A stretch of DNA of 64,000 nt, taken from contig CP170459.1 in NCBI GenBank assembly GCA_047947115.1, positions 3,008,001 to 3,072,000 on the forward strand. The letters are read 5' to 3'. A program made the translations under genes and the position numbers. Origin of the DNA: Verrucomicrobiota bacterium. GTDB lineage: Bacteria; Verrucomicrobiota; Verrucomicrobiia; Limisphaerales; AAA164-E04. Positions within the stretch are counted from its first letter, which is position 1; every line of letters begins with the position of its first letter. Below, in pieces: positions 19,741 through 29,071 of this stretch. The notes below the pieces were generated by a model. That model was not told the origin of the DNA, ran no database searches, and saw nothing but the letters and a program-made list of their open reading frames with translations.

Positions 19741-20977
19741 CAAACCGCCATACCGCGTGCCAACGATGAAGGAGATAGCCCAGATCCCGGACAACGGACT
19801 GAGGCTAGTTTCCACTTTCAGCGGTTGTGGGGGATCATGCCTCGGCTACCGCATGGCCGGTTTTCGTGTTATTTGGGCCAACGAGTTCATCCCAGCCGGA
19901 GCGGATGTTTACCGCGCCAACAACCCGACGACGCACCTCGACACCCGTGACATCCGAAAAGTTCAGCCGGAGGAGATCCTTGAGATCACAGGATTGCAGA
20001 AGGGCGAACTCGATTGCTTAGAGGGCTCTCCTCCATGTGCCTCGTTTTCTACCGCTGGCAAACGGCATAAGCACTGGGGAAAAGCTAAACAGTACAGTGA
20101 CACCGTCCAACGAACGGATGATCTGTTCTTCGAGTTCACTCGATTACTGGAGGGGCTACAACCAAAGGTGTTCACGGCGGAAAACGTCAGCGGCTTGGTC
20201 AAGGGTGTTGCCAAGGGCTACTTCCTTGAAATCCTGGCCGAACTCAAATCCTGTGGCTACCGTGTAGGCTGCAAGGTGCTCGACGCTCAGTGGCTGGGTG
20301 TTCCTCAAGCCCGGCAACGAACGATCTTTGTTGGCGTTCGGGAGGACTTGGGCAAAGAGCCCGTTTTCCCGAAACCACTGCCATACCGCTATAGCTTGAA
20401 GGATGCTCTTCCCTGGATCGTGCGCGGCAAATACGGACCAACCTGGAAACAGGCAAACATCCCAAGTCCCACGGTCAACGCGCATGGTTCCTACAATCCT
20501 GAAACCAGCCACCAGGGTTTGGAGTTGGTCGAAGCCCGAATCGTGGGTGGCACCGGCGCGCCGTTCGATCACAAGGGCCAAGCGTTCGACCTGAATCAAC
20601 CATCACCTACGATTCTCGGGACCAAGCCGAATCAGTTCGAGGTCGACATGGGCCGCTTTGCCATCGGTCGGGAGTGGGACAAACTGAAACCAGGGGAGGC
20701 ATCGGGCAAATACTTCAACCTTGTGCGACCTCATCCCGATCATCCTTGCCCGACCATTTGCGCAAGCCACGGCCATCCCGGTGTTGCCAGTGTCACCCAT
20801 CCAACCGAAAAGCGGAAGCTCACCATCGACGAGTTAAAACGCATATGTGCATTTCCGGATGATTTTGTTTTAAGCGGAAGCTACTCCCAACAGTGGGAAC
20901 GACTCGGGAGGGCAGTTCCACCTGTCATGTCCTTTCACATCGCACGAACCATACGAGATGAAATCTTCAACCTTTAA
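19730..20977 (+). CDS. DNA cytosine-C5 methyltransferase-family enzyme, predicted carboxymethyltransferase
   Basis: Motifs I FSGCGG, IV GSPPC, VI ENV and VIII QARQR are present. Motif X reads GRAVPP rather than GNAVPP. Confidence 0.9.
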   Translation: MKTDKPPYRVPTMKEIAQIPDNGLRLVSTFSGCGGSCLGYRMAGFRVIWANEFIPAGADVYRANNPTTHLDTRDIRKVQPEEILEITGLQKGELDCLEGSPPCASFSTAGKRHKHWGKAKQYSDTVQRTDDLFFEFTRLLEGLQPKVFTAENVSGLVKGVAKGYFLEILAELKSCGYRVGCKVLDAQWLGVPQARQRTIFVGVREDLGKEPVFPKPLPYRYSLKDALPWIVRGKYGPTWKQANIPSPTVNAHGSYNPETSHQGLELVEARIVGGTGAPFDHKGQAFDLNQPSPTILGTKPNQFEVDMGRFAIGREWDKLKPGEASGKYFNLVRPHPDHPCPTICASHGHPGVASVTHPTEKRKLTIDELKRICAFPDDFVLSGSYSQQWERLGRAVPPVMSFHIARTIRDEIFNL

Positions 20978-21629
20978 CGTCCCCAAGCATTGGAGCTTTA
21001 AGAACGTAACCGTTGCAAAGCACTTCGACCAGCATGTGCGCGAATCCCTTCCGTGGTATGATCTGGCCACGAACGCTGTTGCGCATTTTGCCAGGCACTA
21101 CATCCCGCACAATGGCGTCGTTTACGACATCGGGGCATCTACCGGAAACATTGGCCACGCGATCAAGGAGACTCTTGTTCAACGTCAGGCGCAGTTTTTC
21201 GCCATTGAGGAGAGCCCGGAGATGGCAGAGCGCTATGACGGGCCACCCCAACTTGTCGTCGCTGATGCGGTGGCACATGAGTTCAAGCCCTTTGACTTCG
21301 CTGTGTGTTTCCTGGTGCTGATGTTCCTGCCAGTCGAAATACGGATGGAGTTCCTTCGCAAATTGCGAGGGCTCACCAAACCTGGTGGTGCCTTGGTTGT
21401 CGTCGACAAGGTTCAGATGCCAGCCGGGTATGTCGGAACCGCCTTCAGTCGCCTGACTATGCAGCAGAAGTTGGCTGTGGGAGCGAAGCCGGAGGAAATC
21501 CTGCGCAAAGAACTCTCGCTTGCCGGATACCAACGTCCGCTTGATCCGCAGACACTCCCCGAAGGAGCTTTGCCATTCTTCCAGGTCGGCGAGTTTGTCG
21601 GGTGGATCCTGCCTGCGGCCGAACGATAA
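20958..21629 (+). CDS. CmoA-like class I SAM enzyme (candidate carboxy-SAM synthase)
   Basis: WSF...VA..F..HVRESLPWY, VYDIGASTG, PGGALVVVDK, EILRK..L and FFQ..EF.G parallel E. coli CmoA as I recall it (WTF..VAEVF....RSVPGY, VYDLGCSLG, PGGALVLSEK, EISQK..L, WFQ..NF.S). Confidence 0.8.
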   Translation: MKSSTFNVPKHWSFKNVTVAKHFDQHVRESLPWYDLATNAVAHFARHYIPHNGVVYDIGASTGNIGHAIKETLVQRQAQFFAIEESPEMAERYDGPPQLVVADAVAHEFKPFDFAVCFLVLMFLPVEIRMEFLRKLRGLTKPGGALVVVDKVQMPAGYVGTAFSRLTMQQKLAVGAKPEEILRKELSLAGYQRPLDPQTLPEGALPFFQVGEFVGWILPAAER

Positions 21630-21632
21630 GTC

Positions 21633-22274
21633 ATGGCTGATGCTGGCGCCATCTCAACCACACAACTTGCTAAGCTCTCCGGGCTGAGTGATCGACGCCT
21701 TCGTGAACTGGCCAGCGAGGGGTGGTTCCCCAAATCATCCGATGGGCAGTATCAGTTGGTTTCCACGATTCAGGGATTGCTTCGTTATTACCGGGAACGG
21801 GAGCAATCCCGGATCATTCTCGATTCCTACGACAGCATGGGATCGTGTTCCGCTGCTACAGGCATTCCGATAACGACCATCAAGCAGGCCAAACGCCAGG
21901 GGTGTTCAGGATTTCGTGGGAGCCGTGTTTACCTGGCTCCGCTGCTTCGGTGGTTGTTCGAAGACACGGACGGTTCACAAGTCAACTACGACCATGAGCG
22001 GGCGCAGCACGTCGTCCTGCAAAACGCCAAGTTGAAGGTGGAGCTACGGCAACTCAAGAAGGAGTTGCTGCCGGTCGAGGAGGTCAAGCACTTGGGGGCC
22101 GAATTGGGTGCTGCGATTCGCAAAGTGATTTCACGACTGCACCGCTCCGCGCCTTCGCTGGAAGGACAAGACATCGACGTGATCGAATCACGACTCAAGG
22201 AGGAAGAGGACGAGATACTGAAGCAGCTTCACACCTTGGATGAGCGGTTCAAGTCTTGGGATCGAGCGGATTGA
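21633..22274 (+). CDS. Terminase small subunit (Nu1-like)
   Basis: N-terminal wHTH (LAKLSGLSDRRLREL..EG), a coiled coil and LLPVEEV; upstream of the GpA-type terminase. Confidence 0.7.
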   Translation: MADAGAISTTQLAKLSGLSDRRLRELASEGWFPKSSDGQYQLVSTIQGLLRYYREREQSRIILDSYDSMGSCSAATGIPITTIKQAKRQGCSGFRGSRVYLAPLLRWLFEDTDGSQVNYDHERAQHVVLQNAKLKVELRQLKKELLPVEEVKHLGAELGAAIRKVISRLHRSAPSLEGQDIDVIESRLKEEEDEILKQLHTLDERFKSWDRAD

Positions 22275-22284
22275 TTTCGTAGGT

Positions 22285-23106
22285 CTAAGGCTGGGGTGCT
22301 TCGAGGGGGTATTGCTCAGCCAATTCGGGAGCGATTCTGGAAAGGGCTTCGTGTGCTTCTCTTTGCCTTTGCCTCTGGAACATTTCATAGCGATTTCGAG
22401 GCCGAGTTGAATCCGTATCGACTGTGATTGAAACAAATGAATTTGTGATTGAGTTTAGGAGGATGGGAATACCGTTTGTGGCTTTTCTGTCAATTTTTGA
22501 TAAGTAAATGGCGGCTTCGAGTCGTACCGTGTTATCTGGATCATCGAGCATAGTTTTGAAGAAATTTTTCTTGTAGTCCCAGTGTTGGGTTCGTTTTGAA
22601 ATGGACTTGATCAAATCAAAGTAACCATCGGAAGACCCTTGCGACTTATAAGCCGGATACAATTCCATCAATTCTATCACGAATGGATCCAAATTTTCAA
22701 TTGGCAGGCCTTTGAGATATGAAAGGGCAATCTGCTTTTTATAAATACCCTTCACTTCGACTGGTAATAATTTTCTGATCTCGTCCGGAATTTTAAGGTA
22801 GAGCTCATAATAGGCCTTGCTGAGGGTTGAATCTGCTGAATGGATTTTGTTGATTAGGTAGGGAACGCTGTTTGTTCCCATATTTGAAAAAGCTACTTTT
22901 GCTGCGTTTATGGTGTCAGCAAGTCCCGGATGCCCTTGCTCCCCGTAGAACCACTCATCTGCATTTTTCCCTTCGTACACAGGTAAGTCTGAATCTTTCA
23001 TCAAAGCAATAAAGACTACTGCTGTCACTACTAACAAGAGAAACGCAAAGGATGCGGCAATAATGGCTTTATGTGATGGGGCTTTCATCTGCTCTTTGTC
23101 GATCAA
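22285..23106 (-). CDS. Membrane-anchored HEAT-like hypothetical protein (moron)
   Basis: N-terminal TM, YEGK...EW and LDDPDNTVRLEAA; AT-rich and antisense to the late genes. Confidence 0.65.
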   Translation of the reverse strand: MIDKEQMKAPSHKAIIAASFAFLLLVVTAVVFIALMKDSDLPVYEGKNADEWFYGEQGHPGLADTINAAKVAFSNMGTNSVPYLINKIHSADSTLSKAYYELYLKIPDEIRKLLPVEVKGIYKKQIALSYLKGLPIENLDPFVIELMELYPAYKSQGSSDGYFDLIKSISKRTQHWDYKKNFFKTMLDDPDNTVRLEAAIYLSKIDRKATNGIPILLNSITNSFVSITVDTDSTRPRNRYEMFQRQRQREAHEALSRIAPELAEQYPLEAPQP

Positions 23107-23204
23107 TCTTTTAAGGCGGCGTTGAACCTAAAAATTCAAATGCCTTTTCTTGCCCAATTCGACAATGGACACCCTCCCACCGTTCATTTTAAGAGGTCCA
23201 TCGT

Positions 23205-23636
23205 ATGAAAGCGAACAAAGTGCCGGAAACTATTCAGACCATCATCGCACAAGCAGGCGGTATGGGACTACAAGGTCCCTTTACCTATATTGGAGCACAC
23301 GACTTCGGTTACAAATGCGCCGAACCTGAAGGTGAGTATCGATCTGGCTACATGTCAAAGCTTGTGTCCGAAGGCGGTCTCGGAAACGTTGATTTCGAAG
23401 TCGGACTGCGATTCAAAGTCAACGGAAAGCCCGGCAAGAATTGGGTGATGATCATCGCCTACGAACCTGATGACACTTACTCGGTCTGGTTGATCGAGGG
23501 ACACGCCGAGCGGAAGCCTGGTAGTATGGTCCTTGCCTGCCATCGGGATGTTTACTGCGATATGTTGAGGCAGGTCATCGAGCAGACATACGACCAAGCC
23601 ATCCGGGATCACAACCAGGGATTCATTCCGCTTTAA
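23205..23636 (+). CDS. Hypothetical phage protein
   Basis: Clean 143-aa ORF with GAGG RBS; DDTYSV...DVYCDML motif. Confidence 0.65.
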   Translation: MKANKVPETIQTIIAQAGGMGLQGPFTYIGAHDFGYKCAEPEGEYRSGYMSKLVSEGGLGNVDFEVGLRFKVNGKPGKNWVMIIAYEPDDTYSVWLIEGHAERKPGSMVLACHRDVYCDMLRQVIEQTYDQAIRDHNQGFIPL

Positions 23637-23678
23637 CTCTTCTCCTCCTTTTAAGGCGTAGCGTTTGCCCATCTCTGT

Positions 23679-25445
23679 ATGCGAACGCCACGCCATCCCC
23701 TCATCGAAGGATTTTGCTCCGCCTGTCGCCCAGCCGATAGGCGGCCACCATGGCAATGGTGCGAGCAGCATGTCCAGGTTGATGAGACTTCCCCGATTCC
23801 TGGTCGGTGGCGTTCGGATGCCTCCCCTTGGGTGCGCGCAGTGATGGAGGATTTTGCCGACAACGCCATCCGGGACATTGCCGTTCAATGTGCGGCTCAG
23901 AGTGCCAAGACCCAAACGGTCATGAACTGCGCCTGCTGGGCCATCGCCGAGGATCCAGGCCCTGCCATGTGGGTGACGGCTACCAAGGATGAGCTTCGGG
24001 ATTTTATGCGGGACCGGCTTACGCCAACCTTCGAATCCTGCCGCCCGGTCAGGGATCGCATGGCCGAACCCACCTTGTCAGGATTCGCTTTCGACGGGAT
24101 GCCTTTCTACGCTGGTTGGTCGGGATCAAAAGCACGCCTGCAATCCAAACCCATCCGCTGGCTCTTTTGTGATGAGGTTCGCAATTACCCGCCTGGGCGT
24201 TTGGAGATGGTCCTCAAACGAACACGATCCTTCTGGAACTCTCGTCGGTTCCTGATCTCGACGCCCGGGACCAAGGGCGACGCCATGGACACCGCCTACC
24301 GGGCGGGGGATCAGCGTATCTGGCATTTTGAGTGCCCGAAGTGTCACCAGTTACAGCCGCTCAAGTTCGAGCAGTTGAAATGGGATTCTAACGACACGAC
24401 CAAGCCCGAAGGCAAATGGCGATTTGATCTGCTTGCCGAGACAATCCGGTTCGAGTGCGTTTCCTGCTCGCACAAGATCAAGGACACTCCCATTGATCGT
24501 CGATGGATCGAGAACCACGGGGAGTTTGTCCCCCAGAATCCCAACGCTCCACGATCCAAGGTTAGCTACACTTGGAACGCGCTCCTACCGCATTGGATCG
24601 AGTGGAGGTCGATTGTCGAGGAGTTCCTGGCTGCGGTCGATGCCATGCGCCTGGAGGGGGACATAGAGCCCATGTATACCTTCGTCACCGAAACCCTGGG
24701 TGAACCTTGGGACTTGGATCGGTGGCTGATTACGAGTGATGATTACATCCAGCAGCGTAAAGGGGAATACGATTTTGGCGATGCCTGGCCGATTGAAAAG
24801 ACAAGATTCATCGCAGCCGACAGGCAGGCCCGTGGCGGTGAGCATTACTTTTGGGTGGCTCGGGCCTTTGGGGCTGGTGGAGCAAGTCGCCTAATTGGTT
24901 ACGGCCGCTGCAACACGACGACCGAACTCGAAGAAATCCGAAAGCAGTTAAACGTCCCCGTCGTCAACGCCATGATTGATTCCGGGTTCAAGGCCTCTGA
25001 GGTTTATCGATTTTGCCAGGCCACGGGCTGGAAAGCGATGAAGGGTGATGACGCCGAGTGGTTCCTTACCCAAGACCCGAGGACTAAGAAGACCGTCCGC
25101 CGAGTCTGGCGTCGGGTGTTGGTTGATCCCACACTTGGGACCAAGAAATCAAGAGTCCGTCGACATCTTCCGCTCTTCCAGTGGTCCAACCCGAGCATCA
25201 AGGATCACTTGGCATTGTTTACGCACGGAGTAGTCGGGCAATGGTCGATACCGAGAACGACAGGCCGGGATTATGTCGATCAGATGACCGCCGAGGTCCG
25301 AGAGGAGAAAGAGGATTCACGAGGCCGCATCAAGGTCATTTGGGTTCAGAAGCGTCGGGATAACCATTACCTGGATTGTGAGTTGATGATTGATGCGGCG
25401 GCGATTATTACGAATGTGCTGAGGGCGAGTAGTGAATCGAGTTGA
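23679..25445 (+). CDS. Terminase large subunit, lambda GpA family
   Basis: AQSAKT, LQSKPIRWLFCDEV, ISTP, CPKC, ETLGEPW and RDNHYLDC motifs. Confidence 0.93.
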   Translation: MRTPRHPLIEGFCSACRPADRRPPWQWCEQHVQVDETSPIPGRWRSDASPWVRAVMEDFADNAIRDIAVQCAAQSAKTQTVMNCACWAIAEDPGPAMWVTATKDELRDFMRDRLTPTFESCRPVRDRMAEPTLSGFAFDGMPFYAGWSGSKARLQSKPIRWLFCDEVRNYPPGRLEMVLKRTRSFWNSRRFLISTPGTKGDAMDTAYRAGDQRIWHFECPKCHQLQPLKFEQLKWDSNDTTKPEGKWRFDLLAETIRFECVSCSHKIKDTPIDRRWIENHGEFVPQNPNAPRSKVSYTWNALLPHWIEWRSIVEEFLAAVDAMRLEGDIEPMYTFVTETLGEPWDLDRWLITSDDYIQQRKGEYDFGDAWPIEKTRFIAADRQARGGEHYFWVARAFGAGGASRLIGYGRCNTTTELEEIRKQLNVPVVNAMIDSGFKASEVYRFCQATGWKAMKGDDAEWFLTQDPRTKKTVRRVWRRVLVDPTLGTKKSRVRRHLPLFQWSNPSIKDHLALFTHGVVGQWSIPRTTGRDYVDQMTAEVREEKEDSRGRIKVIWVQKRRDNHYLDCELMIDAAAIITNVLRASSESS

Positions 25446-25567
25446 TACGCCATTTTTGCTTGAGTGCGGGAAATGTATCTTGTTGAATTCCACTATGGCC
25501 TAACAAGTTATGAGGCGCGTTTGAATATGCCCGTGTTGAGTTTTTGAAATCTAGATTGCATGCGCAC

Positions 25568-26299
25568 ATGAAGAATTTGGCGAAAAGACCAATGTGGAGG
25601 AGAAAACGATGGTTGGTTATCATCGTAGTGATTGCTGTGGTTTTTGGTGCCAGTGCAATCCGGGAATTTCGGATCAGTAAACTACCCCCGAAGGAGCGGC
25701 GGTTAAAAAACTCCCAGTTCAGTTTCAGGATAGCTTCATTAAAGTATCGCTGGGGAAGTCGCATGGTGGATGGGATTGAGCAAGTGACTGGCCCTATTGC
25801 AATAGCCAGCCAATTTGCTGACTATCTTGGTTCAAAAAAGAAAGTCGCGTCTGATGAATTACGAGACGCATCCCATTTCGCTTCTATTGAAATCGTGGGC
25901 ATTTATGAAGATCGACATGAATTTAATAACGCGGCTGCAAAAATACACCTCAAGGGACTCTCTAGAAATTCCACGTTTATAATCACAAAGATGGATGATC
26001 AAAAAAGGTTTCAGAACGGTGAATTGAGAGTCCCTAACCAATTCGCTGAACAAGCCAGAAAAATCTTGGACAACACGGAGGTGTGCATTGTTAAATCGTT
26101 CCCATATGACTCGGAAAAGGAGATCAGCCAAGCTGTGGATACAATGAGAGCAAAGGGTGTTCGAGCAGTTTCAATGTCTTTTCGAGATGACTTCGGTGAT
26201 CCTCATAAGTCGATTTTCGTGCTTACCGAGGATAAGGAAATTGCAGAACAGGCCTTAGAATCATTTCCACGAGTTCAGCCAATCCCTAACCCCAAATAA
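25568..26299 (+). CDS. Membrane-anchored hypothetical protein (moron)
   Basis: RRKRW plus a TM segment; lower GC than its neighbours; start codon uncertain. Confidence 0.6.
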   Translation: MKNLAKRPMWRRKRWLVIIVVIAVVFGASAIREFRISKLPPKERRLKNSQFSFRIASLKYRWGSRMVDGIEQVTGPIAIASQFADYLGSKKKVASDELRDASHFASIEIVGIYEDRHEFNNAAAKIHLKGLSRNSTFIITKMDDQKRFQNGELRVPNQFAEQARKILDNTEVCIVKSFPYDSEKEISQAVDTMRAKGVRAVSMSFRDDFGDPHKSIFVLTEDKEIAEQALESFPRVQPIPNPK

Positions 26300-26327
26300 T
26301 TCTGAAGCGTAACGTCCCCCCAAGGAC

Positions 26328-26660
26328 GTGACAGCACGCCCAAGACTTGAAGTCCGGATGTTGGTCCGGGCGCTTAAACTTCAGCTCACCGGAGGGGAAA
26401 CCCTTGTCGGAGCTCTCAACGCATTGGTGACCTCCAAATGGTCCTCCAGCGTGGTAAACGGTCAAACCCTCCTTTCGACCAGCGAGGCCGGAGGCACTGT
26501 AACCTTCACTTTTGATCGCAGCTTCACGCCCACCGATCTCATCACCATGGCCGAGGAGGCGCTTGAGTGGATCAACACCCTCGTCGATCCAGAAAACCCG
26601 CCCCTGGACATTCCCCGATACAACCGACTCCACCCAACATTCCTTAAGGCCGTCTTGTGA
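26328..26660 (+). CDS. Putative head completion protein (gpW position)
   Basis: Small ORF coupled (GTGA) to the portal gene. Confidence 0.5.
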   Translation: MTARPRLEVRMLVRALKLQLTGGETLVGALNALVTSKWSSSVVNGQTLLSTSEAGGTVTFTFDRSFTPTDLITMAEEALEWINTLVDPENPPLDIPRYNRLHPTFLKAVL

Positions 26661-28267
26661 TTCCATTCTTTCGAAAACTGATTCCTGGCAGTGAGGCAAA
26701 CCCTTTCAATGCCTCTACCATCCCCCAACCAAAACCCAAATCCATGGGGCATACCTCACCACCACAAACGGCCAACACGTCCCCGCCAGTATCACCGGTT
26801 CGACATTACTTCGAGGCCCTGAACACGGTCGATCACCGAATGCCGGTTCCGCCAACCGGGCTTTATATCCACCGGCTGCTTTCCAAGTTCAACCGTCTGC
26901 AACTGGCCAGTGTTGCCCGGTATCTCTGGGATAACGTGGGGCCGGTGTTTTACGCCACCGACCTGGTCGCCAATTACTCAACCCCTATGATCCCCAGGGC
27001 GGCAACACTCGACCGTAAATGGAACGAAGCAGCCAACAACCTCTTTGATGATTGGGCGGATCGAGCTGACTTCACAGGGCGTTTTGACTTCTGGGATCTC
27101 CAACGTCTGTCCTCCTTCTACCTGGATACCGATGGCGAGGTGTTCGCCCTCTGGACCGACGACACTGGATTTCCGCAGATGCAGTTTCTGGAATCCTGGC
27201 GCATCGATAAGCCCACGGCCTCGGATGACCGCATCTTAGATGGCATCCAGTTGGACACTCAAGGCCGTGTTCAAGGCTACTGGTTGGATGGTCAAACCAT
27301 GCTCGAATCCAATGTTCTCCTCCATCTCTTTGACCTGGAACGTTACACTCAATACCGAGGGATGAGCCCAATTCGACGAGGGGCCAACGACATGCGGGAC
27401 GGCGGTGACATCAAGGGGTTTCAGAAGGTGCTTTCCAAGCTTTCGACTGTCCTGACGCTCGCCATCCAAGGACCACCACTGGAGGAAAACCCCTGGGGTA
27501 ATCCCCCCGAACCGGCAGGCGAGGAATCCACCTCAGAAGAAACTCCAGCCGAGAGCAACGAAAAGCAGCGCAGCTTCACCGTAGCGGACCTGGTTGCGGG
27601 AGACATCCCAACGGTTCCGGACGGGCACGAACTCAAACAGGTCAACACTCCAAGCGCCCCCGCTAACAATATCGAGGTGATCAATTACCTTGCCGGGTGC
27701 TTTGTCGCAGGCCTGGGGCTTCCTCCTGCCTTCTTCCTGGACGAGAAGCTGACCGGTCCCAACCAGCGGGCTGTCAACGGCAAGGCTCAGCGCAAGTTTG
27801 AACGCCGAAAGCAGGTGGCAGCTCGTCTCGGGCGTTCGGCCTGGCAACGAGTCATCGCCGACGCCATAACCAAGGGTTTGCTTCCTTCCAATGAAGACTG
27901 GGCAAGGTGCGACTTTATTGGCCCCTCCAAGCTCACAATCGATGCCGGACGTGAAATGGCCCAGGAACGGGAGGATGTCGCACGAGGGTTGATGACTCGC
28001 CGTGATCACTACGGCAACCGAGGTCGATCCTGGCGACGGGAAACCGACCAGGTTTTCGAGGAGATCGACTACATCTTGGACCGTGCCAAAGCCATCGCCG
28101 AGGAGCATGGCATCCCGGTTGAAACCGTCATGAACAGCTTCGGACTTGGGGGTTCAAAACCCTCTCCAAACCCCGACCAAGAAAAAGTGAAGCGTAACGT
28201 TCCGGGAGAAGAAAACGATGCCAACCAACCTACCGATGATGCTGGCGACCCAGGTCCCAATGATTGA
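26657..28267 (+). CDS. Portal protein, lambda family
   Basis: ARYLWDN, DFTGRFDF..LQ, DGEVF, QYRGMS and IDAGRE motifs. Confidence 0.9.
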   Translation: MIPFFRKLIPGSEANPFNASTIPQPKPKSMGHTSPPQTANTSPPVSPVRHYFEALNTVDHRMPVPPTGLYIHRLLSKFNRLQLASVARYLWDNVGPVFYATDLVANYSTPMIPRAATLDRKWNEAANNLFDDWADRADFTGRFDFWDLQRLSSFYLDTDGEVFALWTDDTGFPQMQFLESWRIDKPTASDDRILDGIQLDTQGRVQGYWLDGQTMLESNVLLHLFDLERYTQYRGMSPIRRGANDMRDGGDIKGFQKVLSKLSTVLTLAIQGPPLEENPWGNPPEPAGEESTSEETPAESNEKQRSFTVADLVAGDIPTVPDGHELKQVNTPSAPANNIEVINYLAGCFVAGLGLPPAFFLDEKLTGPNQRAVNGKAQRKFERRKQVAARLGRSAWQRVIADAITKGLLPSNEDWARCDFIGPSKLTIDAGREMAQEREDVARGLMTRRDHYGNRGRSWRRETDQVFEEIDYILDRAKAIAEEHGIPVETVMNSFGLGGSKPSPNPDQEKVKRNVPGEENDANQPTDDAGDPGPND

Positions 28268-29039
28268 GGCGAGAGCTGCTGAGATGCTCTTTGGTGGAGT
28301 GCTGCGCCCAGCCCTGGCCGAACCCGATTCCTGGCGTAAGGCCAGGCAGGCCTTCGCACCCAAAACTGCAATCGAGAACGGTATCGGTGTTCTAGAAATC
28401 TCCGGTGTCCTGGCCTACCGCCCCGACCTTGGTGATATGTTTTTTGATGGTTTTGAAGACAGTTCCGAGGTTCTCAAATACTTCAAAACCCTGGAATCCG
28501 ATCCAACCACCAATGCCATCGTCCTGGACATCAACTCGCCGGGCGGATTCAGCGTTGGAGGGGCAGAAGTGGCAGATGCCATCCTTAAATCCTCCAAACC
28601 AACCGTCGCTTGGGTGGGTGGCATGATGTGCAGTTTGGCCTACTGGATCGGTTCCCAGGCCAAGGCGGTGATTTCAACGAGGAGTGCCATGGTGGGCAGC
28701 ATTGGAGCCTATGTTTCGGTTGTCGACTACCATCGGATGCTCGCCAACGCCGGGATCGAGGTGAAGGTGTTTCGTAATAAGGAAGGCACTTTCAAGGCGG
28801 CGGGTATGCCGGGAGCTTCCATTTCCCAGGAACACGCCGACGAATTTACCCGCCAAGCCCAACGATCCTTCGATGTTTTTAAGGCCGATGTGCTCCGCGC
28901 CCGTAGCTCCATCCCGAATGAGGCCATGCAAGGTCAGGTCTTTGACGGTGTCCAGGCAAAGCAAAATGGACTCGTTGATGCCATTGGAAGTCTCGAATAC
29001 GCCAAGTCCGTTGCCAGGCGTCTGGCACGTGAAGCGTAA
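28218..29039 (+). CDS. S49 head maturation protease
   Basis: LDINSPGG, CSLAYWIGSQA, VGSIG and GLVDAIG motifs. Confidence 0.9.
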   Translation: MPTNLPMMLATQVPMIEARAAEMLFGGVLRPALAEPDSWRKARQAFAPKTAIENGIGVLEISGVLAYRPDLGDMFFDGFEDSSEVLKYFKTLESDPTTNAIVLDINSPGGFSVGGAEVADAILKSSKPTVAWVGGMMCSLAYWIGSQAKAVISTRSAMVGSIGAYVSVVDYHRMLANAGIEVKVFRNKEGTFKAAGMPGASISQEHADEFTRQAQRSFDVFKADVLRARSSIPNEAMQGQVFDGVQAKQNGLVDAIGSLEYAKSVARRLAREA

Positions 29040-29071
29040 CGTCCACCCCAAAGTCAGAGGAAAACAAAATC

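Noticed and set aside
19730..20977. Restriction-modification system
   Set aside because: No adjacent restriction endonuclease; the context and motif X point to phage DNA modification.
25498..25541. GCCTAAC...GTTGAGT attC-like ends before a moron
   Set aside because: Only 44 bp, shorter than known attC sites, with no convincing internal pairing.
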